A DNA stretch of 64,000 nt from contig CAWVVV010000001.1 in NCBI GenBank assembly GCA_963933835.1, positions 448,001 through 512,000 of the forward strand, in the 5' to 3' direction. Of the stretch, positions 55,903 to 64,000 are shown piece by piece. Every line of letters starts with the position of its first letter. The stretch's first letter is position 1. The position numbers and the translations under genes were made by a program. The notes beneath the pieces were generated by a model. It worked only from the letters and a program-made list of their open reading frames with translations. It was not told where the DNA came from and made no database searches. Source of the DNA: an uncultured Puniceicoccaceae bacterium (GTDB lineage Bacteria > Verrucomicrobiota > Verrucomicrobiia > Opitutales > Oceanipulchritudinaceae).

Positions 55903-56935
55903 CTACCAGCGGCTCTTTAGATTCCAAAGCTCGCGGCCATCTTTAATCACCTGCGCGAGGACTTCGGGCGTAATGCTCTGCTTCGGATCGTCTCCGATTC
56001 CATGCCTTGGATTACAGTGGGTTTCGATGATCAGGCCGTCCGCTCCATAAGCTAGCGCTGAGAGGCAGCACGCAGGCACGTATTTCGCCCGTCCGACGGA
56101 GTGTGATGGGTCCACCACAACGGGCGCCCACGTCCGCTCCTTCAGCAGCGGCGTGATCGACTCGTCAGGATGGTTCCGGTAGCCATCGAGGCCGGGCAAG
56201 GTGCCCCTCGGGCAGAGGAGAACATTTGGGTTACCATTCGCCACGAGGTATTCCGCCGCCGCGATAAATTCGTCAACCGGGGCCATCGCCCGCCCCCGCT
56301 TCAGGAGGATGGGGATGCGGTGCTCGCAGGTCGCCCGGCCTATCGCCCCGAGAAGCGAGTAGTTCAATGCGTTGCGCGCACCAATCTGGATAGCGTCCAA
56401 CTTTGCCTCCATCGAGAGCTGCAAATGCTCAACCTCCATCACCTCAGCGATGACGGGGAGGCCAGTCTGCGCTCGGGCTTCGAGCAGGATGTCGAGCGAC
56501 CGGGCCGCCTTGAAAGGAGTGTGGCGATGTCCTTGGTTTCCAAACGCCACCGCGGATCATATGCGCCCCTGCTTCTTTGACCCCTGCGGCGGTTTCGAGA
56601 AAGTGCTGTGGCTCGTCGGGGTTGATGGTGCACTGCCCAGCGATAAAGAGTGGCTCGGCGCCCATTTTCACCCCCGCTACCTCCATCGCCTGCGCCCCAA
56701 GATCACTACGGCGATCCATCAGCTTATAGACGGAGTCCATCCGATCAACACGATCGACACAGGAGAGCCCAAGGAGGCGGTTGACCATCGTCTCACTACG
56801 TTCGTCGCCGATGATTGCGTAGATATTCCGACGCGCCCCATGGATGACTTGGATTGAGCACTGAAACTCGCCCACGATGGCTTCGACTTCTGTGAGTTCA
56901 TCCGGTGAAAAAACGGGGGCTTTAGGAATTATCAT
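55903..56935 (-). pseudogene. aroF: DAHP synthase type I-beta with N-terminal regulatory domain, frameshifted near 56507
   Basis: First frame: IAGQC, RGGVWKPRTSPHSFQG. Second frame: SLDILLEAR, QIGARN, PILLKRG, LCPRG, VDPSH, ADGLIIETH. Confidence 0.85.
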
Positions 56936-57048
56936 AGTTTACTCTACATGAGTGAGCACAGACGGGGAGTAGGTCGAGGCAATTGGATCGCTCATAAGTC
57001 GCGACAAAGAGTTGCGCCCATCTCACTTAGCCACCCTCTTGTTCCTCT

Positions 57049-57708
57049 ATGTCATCCTCCGAGCATCGCATGCGATTCAACGACAAGCCACGAGGCTCAA
57101 CCGTCGTTCTCAACCTGCTGATCGCAAACATCCTCGTCTTCATCCTTCAGCAGATTAGCGCACATCTGGATGTCAGTCTGCTCTACCAGTATCTCCCGCT
57201 CTACAGTCTGGAAACGGGGCTGTTCCGGCCCTGGCAACTGCTCACGTATGGCTTCATGCATGATCCAGGGGGCATCATGCATATCTTGTTCAATATGATT
57301 GTGCTCTGGATGTTTGGCCGAATCCTCGCCGCCGACCTTGGAGAAAAACGGTTTTTAATCTACTTCCTATGCTGCATTGTCGGAGGCGGACTGGTGCAGC
57401 TCTTGATCGCTCCCTTTTTCGGACCCTTTAACGTCGTCCTGGGTGCCTCTGGTGGAACGATGGGCCTGCTCCTCGCCTTCGGATGGCGCTATCCCACCTT
57501 GGAGATCATGCTGCTCTTTCCTCCGATACCGGTGAAGGCACGCAATCTCGTAATTTTCCTCGCCCTCTTTGATGTCGTCGGCGGCATCGGCGGCGGGCCG
57601 TTCGGCATCGCTCACTTTGCCCACATCGGCGGCTTACTATCGGGTCTGCTCCTGATGGCTTATTGGCGCGGGAAACTACCGCTCAAGCCCAAGGAAATGC
57701 TGCCTTAA
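57049..57708 (+). CDS. Rhomboid family intramembrane serine protease
   Basis: WQLLTYGFMH, HILFNM, GASG, AHFAHIGG. Confidence 0.93.
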   Translation: MSSSEHRMRFNDKPRGSTVVLNLLIANILVFILQQISAHLDVSLLYQYLPLYSLETGLFRPWQLLTYGFMHDPGGIMHILFNMIVLWMFGRILAADLGEKRFLIYFLCCIVGGGLVQLLIAPFFGPFNVVLGASGGTMGLLLAFGWRYPTLEIMLLFPPIPVKARNLVIFLALFDVVGGIGGGPFGIAHFAHIGGLLSGLLLMAYWRGKLPLKPKEMLP

Positions 57709-57719
57709 GGCGCGACTGT

Positions 57720-58850
57720 TTACTTCAGCGGGCGGCCTGTTCGCGAAAAAAGCCAGAGCGCAAAACAAAGCATCAAAACCGTTGGCATCGCCGCGACTCC
57801 GAAGGCCGAGAGCGTCGAGGGCAGAAGCGCACCCATCGCTTGGGTCGAGCCAAAGTAGACGACGTATAGAGCAATCGCCTTCACGATGCCAAAGAGTGGG
57901 TTCGCGCGTATAGGACCGATCGCAAACGGCACTGCCAGCCCAATTGCGATGAGGACATCGAGGGGGTTTAGCAGGACGCGCAGGTAGCGCAGAGTGTACT
58001 TCCGCGCCGAGGGGTCATTCGCCTCCTCGAGGGCATTGCGCACCCGCTTAAGCTGCCAAACAGAGAGCTCCTGTGGGCGCTTTTTCAAATACTGCATCAG
58101 CGTCGGGTCTTCTTTCATCTCGAGCATCTCGCGACGCTCAAACCCGATGTTGCGGAGCGCATCGCCTTCAACCGGATCAAACGTCACTTCGCGGCCGTTG
58201 AGAAAGACCCAGTGCCCGCTCAACTCTTCATAGTAGCCACGGTTGGCAACGATTCGACTGATCTCTGCCCCCGTTTCATCGAAGTTTGAGACCGTAATTC
58301 CGTAGGCGTTGTAGTCGTATTCGCTAAAGAGATTTATAAACCAACGACGGCGGCCTTCAGGGTTGTTGAAGGTCAGATTGGGCACACGGCCAATTTCCTC
58401 CGGGGATTTATCTTTAGCCTTCTCACCTTCGAAGCGGTAGGCATTCCAAAGTTCATTTGAGCTCTCTTTTGCCCACGGCACAAAGTGTCCATTGAGCCAG
58501 AAGAGCAGCCCTGCCAAGATGACTCCAACAACCCAGCAATAGCGCGTGATACGGGCGGCTGAGAGGCCCGCATTACGCATCGCTACGATTTCTAGGCGAC
58601 GGTGCATCCCAGCCAGCGCCGCCAACGCTGAGATCAAAACCGATAGCGGCAAAACGAGCGGGAAAAACGTTGGGATAATAATCAGGTAATACTGCAAAAT
58701 CTCCGATGCCGAAGCGCCAAAGCGGATCAAATCGATCAGGCGGTTCTGCATGTCTGCGACGAGAAACAGCCCCACGAGGGTCGACGCGGTCAGCAAAAGC
58801 ATACGCAGCCACTCTGTTAAAACGAGGCGATCTAGACGGGTGAAGTGCAT
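57720..58850 (-). CDS. LptF/LptG family LPS export permease
   Basis: LDR.V..E, LPLSVLIS, EIVAMR.AGLS, periplasmic beta-jellyroll, three C-terminal TM helices. Confidence 0.88.
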   Translation of the reverse strand: MHFTRLDRLVLTEWLRMLLLTASTLVGLFLVADMQNRLIDLIRFGASASEILQYYLIIIPTFFPLVLPLSVLISALAALAGMHRRLEIVAMRNAGLSAARITRYCWVVGVILAGLLFWLNGHFVPWAKESSNELWNAYRFEGEKAKDKSPEEIGRVPNLTFNNPEGRRRWFINLFSEYDYNAYGITVSNFDETGAEISRIVANRGYYEELSGHWVFLNGREVTFDPVEGDALRNIGFERREMLEMKEDPTLMQYLKKRPQELSVWQLKRVRNALEEANDPSARKYTLRYLRVLLNPLDVLIAIGLAVPFAIGPIRANPLFGIVKAIALYVVYFGSTQAMGALLPSTLSAFGVAAMPTVLMLCFALWLFSRTGRPLK

Positions 58851-58955
58851 TGAAGAACCATGAGAAGAGCAGGCCGAGGCAGACTGTCCAAGTGTCTTTT
58901 TCATCTACCCATGGGCAACCCTTGACCTCCCATTTCCAGCGCCCACGATTTTTGT

Positions 58956-59414
58956 ATGCGCTGGTTGGAGAAGCATCTTGAGAAGAAGGCGGAGCCGGAG
59001 CTCTGGCAATTCGCCTACGAAGCCTTTTCGCAGACACCGATCACTGATGATCAGGCGGAAACCATCGCGACCGCATGTCAAAGCCCAGCGCAACTCGCCC
59101 TCATGGGGAAACTTCTCGGCGAGAGCCTCATCGAAAAAGAACCACCAAGCGAACGTGTTCGGCTCCTCTTATCTATTGTGGATGAATCCGTTGCCTCGCT
59201 TGCAGAGTGGATCGCTGCCCTCGAGGGCTTTTATGCATGGCTCAAAGAGGAAGGGCGCTCCACGGGCTTCGGCCTCGCCCTAGGCTACATTCACTGCAGC
59301 AGCGATGCGATCGCGGGCGGCGCCCCCTTCAGCAATCTCTCCCAAGCCACGGACGAGATGCTCGGCCTCTACGGCTTTGACGGCGATTCCGACGCTAAAA
59401 ACCCGCCCGAATGA
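58956..59414 (+). CDS. Hypothetical protein
   Basis: 152-aa helical ORF filling the gap between the lptG-like gene and the epimerase; no recognised motif. Confidence 0.55.
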   Translation: MRWLEKHLEKKAEPELWQFAYEAFSQTPITDDQAETIATACQSPAQLALMGKLLGESLIEKEPPSERVRLLLSIVDESVASLAEWIAALEGFYAWLKEEGRSTGFGLALGYIHCSSDAIAGGAPFSNLSQATDEMLGLYGFDGDSDAKNPPE

Positions 59415-60330
59415 TCGCCTCGTAGCCTGAGGCAAAGGATGGATGTGCAGGCTCCCAATCGAGTTCATCCCTTATTTTTTGCGCCGCGATGCGACGGTTT
59501 GGCGGACGTCCATTGGCGAACAAGCGACGCTGCATTCGCTCCGTCACTAGCTCCGGCGAAAAGACCGGCATCGGCACGTTGAGACGCTTCGCCGCCCACG
59601 CAACGATGTCCTCCTTGAGCGAAGGTGAACCATCGGCAAGATTCCAAACAGTGTAGCCTCGTTTCCGCTTCTCGAGCGCGCGTAGAATCGCCCTCGCGGC
59701 ATCATCCCGGTGAATAAGGTTCAAATAGTAGTCTCCCACTCCGGGAATCTTATCCACGCCCTCGCGTAGCATATCCAAAAGATAATGACGGCCCGGACCA
59801 TAGATGCCTGCTAACCGCATCACGGCACCCGAGGACAGATCGCCTGAGCCGACAGCCTCCGCGATAAGGTCTTCGGTCTCGACCAGCACTTCATTCATCG
59901 GCGTCGAGGGAGCCGTCGGTCCTTGTTCGTTCAGCCAACCCCCATCCGAATCCGGATAAACGGACGTGCTGCTCGTATAAACCAGGCAGCGCACCGCACC
60001 CTTTTTCGCCCAGTCCAGGAGGCTGGTCATCCCTTCGTAGTAGGATTTCCGATAGCCTTCGACGCCACCGCCACCTGAGCTGACGCAGTTTACGACCGAG
60101 ACGCCATCGGCGGAGATCCGATCATGCCACTCCGAAGAATCCAGATCTGCCACAATGACTTCGATGCGATAGGTCGCCTTCAGGCGAGCTGCCTTATCAG
60201 CATTTCGAGTCAGCGCCGTAACCCTCCAGCCTTTCTCCACCGCACCCGCCACAACAGCACTGCCAATGTAGCCACAGCCAACGACGAAGAGTCGCCCGCC
60301 TTCACTGGTTTTGGGTGCACTATCTGACAT
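59395..60330 (-). CDS. NAD-dependent epimerase/dehydratase family (atypical SDR)
   Basis: [34 protein letters not shown]...ELDW.P. True start taken as MSDSAPK. Confidence 0.87.
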   Translation of the reverse strand: MSDSAPKTSEGGRLFVVGCGYIGSAVVAGAVEKGWRVTALTRNADKAARLKATYRIEVIVADLDSSEWHDRISADGVSVVNCVSSGGGGVEGYRKSYYEGMTSLLDWAKKGAVRCLVYTSSTSVYPDSDGGWLNEQGPTAPSTPMNEVLVETEDLIAEAVGSGDLSSGAVMRLAGIYGPGRHYLLDMLREGVDKIPGVGDYYLNLIHRDDAARAILRALEKRKRGYTVWNLADGSPSLKEDIVAWAAKRLNVPMPVFSPELVTERMQRRLFANGRPPNRRIAAQKIRDELDWEPAHPSFASGYEAIIRAGF

Positions 60331-60381
60331 GAGCGCAACAAAAGGCTGTTCTTGGCCTTCCGCAATGCTTTGCCTGCCCTT

Positions 60382-61293
60382 ATGACGACTCCGCGCTGGG
60401 AAGACATCCGCAACTACCTCCAAGGCCTTCAATCCGATTTGATCGGTGAACTCCGCGCGCTGGATCCCGAGGTTGAGTTTCGCGACGACCCTTGGGAACG
60501 CGAGGCAGGCGGCGGCGGGCGCACACAAGTCATCGGCAATGGGCAGCTCTGGGAAAAAGGAGGGGTCAACTTTTCCGAAGTCTTTGGACCCGGCCTCCCG
60601 GCTTCCGCCACCAAAGAACGCCCCGAGCTCGCAGGTCGCCCCTTCAAGGCAATGGGAGTCTCGGTCGTCATTCACCCGAAGAACCCCTACATCCCAACCA
60701 CGCACATGAACGTGCGCTTCTTTACTACCACTGACGATGAACCGATCTGGTGGTTTGGAGGCGGTTTCGATCTGACGCCCTACTACCCTTTCGAGGAAGA
60801 TGCGGTCAGCTGGCACCAGTCTGCCAAAGATGCCTGCGACAAGATCAACCCCAGCCTGTATTCGAAATTCAAGGACACCTGCGACGACTATTTCTACTTA
60901 AAGCACCGTGATGAAACCCGTGGCGTCGGTGGACTCTTCTTCGACGATTTAAATGAGTTCGGCTTTGAGGAAAGCTTCCGCCTCATGCGCTCCGTCGGTG
61001 ACACCTTCTGGCAGGCATACCAACCAATCGTCGAAAAGCGAAAAGAGGCCCACTACGTCGAACGTGAACGCCAATGGCAGCTCTATCGCCGCGGACGCTA
61101 TGTCGAGTTCAACCTTCTCTACGACCGCGGAACCCTCTTCGGGCTGCAAAGCGGTGGGCGCACCGAAAGCATCCTCATGAGCCTACCGCCGCTGGTCCGC
61201 TGGGACTACCTCCCAGAGATTGCACCGGACTCGCCCGAAGCAAGTCTCGCAAAAGACTTTCTTAGGCCGCGTGACTGGCTAGGATTGCAGTAA
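60382..61293 (+). CDS. hemF: Oxygen-dependent coproporphyrinogen III oxidase
   Basis: [68 protein letters not shown]. Confidence 0.97.
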   Translation: MTTPRWEDIRNYLQGLQSDLIGELRALDPEVEFRDDPWEREAGGGGRTQVIGNGQLWEKGGVNFSEVFGPGLPASATKERPELAGRPFKAMGVSVVIHPKNPYIPTTHMNVRFFTTTDDEPIWWFGGGFDLTPYYPFEEDAVSWHQSAKDACDKINPSLYSKFKDTCDDYFYLKHRDETRGVGGLFFDDLNEFGFEESFRLMRSVGDTFWQAYQPIVEKRKEAHYVERERQWQLYRRGRYVEFNLLYDRGTLFGLQSGGRTESILMSLPPLVRWDYLPEIAPDSPEASLAKDFLRPRDWLGLQ

Positions 61294-61303
61294 GCCGATC
61301 AAT

Positions 61304-62326
61304 CTACCCCTCCAGCAGATAAGAGCTCAACGTCGTCCCGGCATACCCAACGAGGAGAATAATGCCAAAAGAGCGGCCCAGCTTCTCTTTCTCGACCCAT
61401 ATACCGACCCGGAAGATCACTAAGAGGATCAACATGCCGGGGAAGAGGAGTCTGAAGAAGCGAGGATCTGCGTTCAGCCCATTCGGAGTCACTGCCGCAC
61501 TCAAGCCCGCCACAAAGAGGACATTTAGAATATCGGCTCCGATCACATTGCCTACCGCCAGTTCACCATGGCCGCGCCGAACCGCATTCAGTGCGGTCAC
61601 TAATTCCGGCAAGGACGTGCCAAATGCCACCAGCGTCGCTGCGATGATCGCTTGAGGGATTCCCAAATCAAGCGCGATGACCTCAATCGTCGGGATCAAG
61701 ACATGCGAAGAGCCAACGACTAGAAAGATGCCAAAGCACAAAAGAGCGAGCACGTGCCAGGTCGGTTTCTTCTCATCAACATCCGGAACCTCGGTTGCGA
61801 TGCTCGAGCCCCGCGCTCCGATGACTGAGCCGACGAGATAAACAATCAAGAGCCCAACGAGAACAAAGCCTTCCCACTGCGCTAAAGTTCCGCCGGTGGA
61901 CCATGCCGTGCCCGGAGCACTCCAAGGCACGCATAAAAGCACGAGCAAAACGCCTGCGCCGATTTGAATCCATCCTTGCCGGTTAACTACCGACTTTTGC
62001 AGCGGCAACGGTGAGATCACTGCCGCAAGTCCAAGAATGAGCCCGCAATCCGTGATGATCGAGCCCACAGCGTTGCCGAGCGCGAGGTCAGGATTGCCGC
62101 CGATGGCCGCCATGACCGAAACCGCCGCTTCCGGGAGTGTCGTCCCGAGACTTACAATCGTCGCCCCGATGATCACGGTCGGCACGCCCCACGCCTTCGA
62201 AAGCGTCACTGCTTCCTCGACGAGAAGGTCAGCCCCTTTTGCCAAAACATAGAGCGCTATCGCAAAAATCCCCAAGAGGGCAATCAGGGGCAACGCATCC
62301 AAATTGCTGTGCAACCAAGCTTCCAT
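61304..62326 (-). CDS. Calcium/sodium antiporter (YrbG family)
   Basis: Two alpha repeats: GTTLPE...GNAVGS and GTSLPE...GNVIGA. Confidence 0.92.
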   Translation of the reverse strand: MEAWLHSNLDALPLIALLGIFAIALYVLAKGADLLVEEAVTLSKAWGVPTVIIGATIVSLGTTLPEAAVSVMAAIGGNPDLALGNAVGSIITDCGLILGLAAVISPLPLQKSVVNRQGWIQIGAGVLLVLLCVPWSAPGTAWSTGGTLAQWEGFVLVGLLIVYLVGSVIGARGSSIATEVPDVDEKKPTWHVLALLCFGIFLVVGSSHVLIPTIEVIALDLGIPQAIIAATLVAFGTSLPELVTALNAVRRGHGELAVGNVIGADILNVLFVAGLSAAVTPNGLNADPRFFRLLFPGMLILLVIFRVGIWVEKEKLGRSFGIILLVGYAGTTLSSYLLEG

Positions 62327-62531
62327 TCGTAGCTCGAAACCACACCGCCGGCGCTGAGACTAGCAAGCGAATTGAAGTCATCCGACTCCATTCTGGTCGT
62401 TTTCGGGCCTCTTTCAGCCTGATTTGAGACAATCCACCCGCTGAGACCTGAAACACTTGACTTGGTCAACCCGCTGAGCATTTTCGGCGCCTTCATCGCG
62501 CGCGGGGACAGCCCCGTGCATCGAGAGAGCC

Positions 62532-64000
62532 ATGGCCAAAGCTTTTAAAGATACCCTACAGCTTCCAAAGACAGACTTCCCGATGCGGGGAGATTTGGCT
62601 AAGCGCGAACCTGCCCGCCTCGAAGCTTGGAAACAAGAGGACCTCTACGCTGGGATGCAGGCTGCCCGCGCCGAGGCTGACACCTTTGTCCTGCACGACG
62701 GCCCCCCCTACGCCAACGGTGACATTCACCTCGGCCACACCTTAAACAAGGTTCTCAAAGATCTCGTCCTCCGCTATAAGCACATGAGCGGCTACCGGAC
62801 GCCCTACATCCCGGGGTGGGACTGTCACGGTCTACCGATCGAGCAGCAGATTCTCAAAAAGATCGGCAGTAAGATCCATACCATGGAGCCCCTTGAGCTC
62901 CGCCAGCGCTGCCTCCAATACGCCAAAGGCTGGGTCGGCACACAGCGCGAACAGTTTAAACGCCTCGGAATCCTCGCAGATTGGGAGAACCCTTACACAA
63001 CGATCGACCCCGAGTTCGAGACCGGCATTCTCCAGGTCCTCCTCGCTCTCGTTGAGAAAGGCCTCGTGCGCAAGGGCTACCGCGCAGTGCACTGGGACTA
63101 CGTTTTCCGCACTGCCCTCGCTGAAGCCGAGATCGAATACGAGAAGCACACCTCGCCGTCGATCTACGTCGCGATCCCTCTCATCGATCCAGCAAGCGTT
63201 CCTGAGCTCGAAGGCATCAACGAGGTTTCCATCGTCATCTGGACGACCACACCGTGGACCATGCCGGCGAATCTCGGCATCAGCCTGCACCCAGAATTCG
63301 ACTACATCGTTCTACAGACGAACGAAGGGAGAAATTTCATCGTCGCTGAGGAGCTGCGCGAGCGCTTCGAGAGCGAATGTGGGCTCGAAGGCACCTCAGT
63401 GCTCAAGAAATTCAAAGCGACGAACCTCGATAAGAAGCTCGCGCATCACCCTATTTTTGAAGGCCGCACGAGTCTCATCATGCTCGGCAAGCACGTCACC
63501 CTAGAGCAGGGCACTGGCTGTGTTCACACCGCGCCAGGACATGGTGCAGATGACTTTACGATCGGCGCAAAATACGGCCTCCCCGTTTTCTGCCCTGTCG
63601 ATGCGCAAGGACGCTACACGCCAGAGTATCCCGAGATGGAAGGCACCTTTGTCTTCGACGCAAACCCGCTCGTAGTCGAAAAACTTCGCGAAAGCGGCCT
63701 CCTCATTGGCCACAAGCTAGTCGAGCACGAATACCCGTATTCCTGGCGCTCGAAGAAGCCGATCATCTTCCGGGCGACCGAACAATGGTTCCTCGAACTC
63801 GCCGAAGGCGGCATCCGCGAAGAAGCCCTCAAGGCGATCGACGAAAACGTGCAGTGGATTCCTCACTGGGGTCGCGATCGCATCCGCGGGATGGTTGAGC
63901 GTCGCCCTGAGTGGTGCATCTCCCGCCAGCGTCACTGGGGTGTGCCGATCCCGGCCGTCCGCAATGTTAAGACAAATCAAGCCATCCTCGCCCCCGAGGT
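62532..64000 (+). CDS. ileS: Isoleucine--tRNA ligase, N-terminal part (runs off the window; absent from the ORF track)
   Basis: Manual translation: MAKAFKDTLQLPKTDFPMRG, LHDGPPYANG.IHLGH, PGWDCHGLPIE, WTTTPWT, GTGCVHTAPGHG, WCISRQRHWGVPIP. Confidence 0.96.
   Translation, partial: MAKAFKDTLQLPKTDFPMRGDLAKREPARLEAWKQEDLYAGMQAARAEADTFVLHDGPPYANGDIHLGHTLNKVLKDLVLRYKHMSGYRTPYIPGWDCHGLPIEQQILKKIGSKIHTMEPLELRQRCLQYAKGWVGTQREQFKRLGILADWENPYTTIDPEFETGILQVLLALVEKGLVRKGYRAVHWDYVFRTALAEAEIEYEKHTSPSIYVAIPLIDPASVPELEGINEVSIVIWTTTPWTMPANLGISLHPEFDYIVLQTNEGRNFIVAEELRERFESECGLEGTSVLKKFKATNLDKKLAHHPIFEGRTSLIMLGKHVTLEQGTGCVHTAPGHGADDFTIGAKYGLPVFCPVDAQGRYTPEYPEMEGTFVFDANPLVVEKLRESGLLIGHKLVEHEYPYSWRSKKPIIFRATEQWFLELAEGGIREEALKAIDENVQWIPHWGRDRIRGMVERRPEWCISRQRHWGVPIPAVRNVKTNQAILAPE

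Noticed and set aside
56510..56522. TCC TTT C as a possible +1 slippery site in the DAHP synthase
   Set aside because: Slipping there would remove the conserved QG of the SFQG motif; an indel a few bases later explains the break better.
57049..57708. Rhomboid as a rhombosortase
   Set aside because: The sequence looks like a generic rhomboid and no GlyGly-CTERM substrate is nearby.
59395..60816. 473-aa ORF-track call for the epimerase, and similarly extended starts at 1672-2298, 18361-18888, 36075 and 53769-54662
   Set aside because: The extensions overlap well-supported neighbouring genes and lack family motifs, so downstream starts were chosen.
62340..62530. Repeated CGCTGAG motifs upstream of ileS (riboswitch or T-box candidate)
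   Set aside because: No T-box AAGGTGGTACC-type sequence or TPP architecture; short matches are compatible with chance.

Overview
This is a 64 kb bacterial window, most likely Verrucomicrobiota (Opitutae/Puniceicoccaceae-like). That assignment is inferred from protein style, exosortases and lineage-typical motifs, not from a search. Most of it is housekeeping and envelope genes: dnaE 3' end, purC, a DEAD-box helicase, allB, ribE, polX, gpmI, aroK, dus, tal, glgE/glgA, rpsR, tsaC, hisC, murE, hslO, hemF, ileS 5' end and one tRNA-Glu(TTC). Accessory content includes a hipBA-type toxin-antitoxin pair with three operator boxes, an NMT1/THI5-type ABC transporter, an ArsR/Cys-rich peptide/ArsP-like permease cluster, a beta-barrel/OPX/Wzc polysaccharide export cluster, two exosortases and a 1909-aa thioester alpha-2-macroglobulin. 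The most striking observation is that the predicted bait region of the alpha-2-macroglobulin holds a ~55-aa segment resembling the TonB-box/plug N-terminus of Opitutae TonB-dependent receptors (DEIIELSPFTV...DVGYRSINSISGTSLNTSLRDLP...EFL). Several genes break off abruptly (~10390, ~18440, ~53470, ~55455) and three carry frameshifts. The window is therefore probably a concatenated or error-containing assembly, and gene neighbourhoods across those points should not be trusted. I saw no CRISPR array, rRNA, transposase or integrase.
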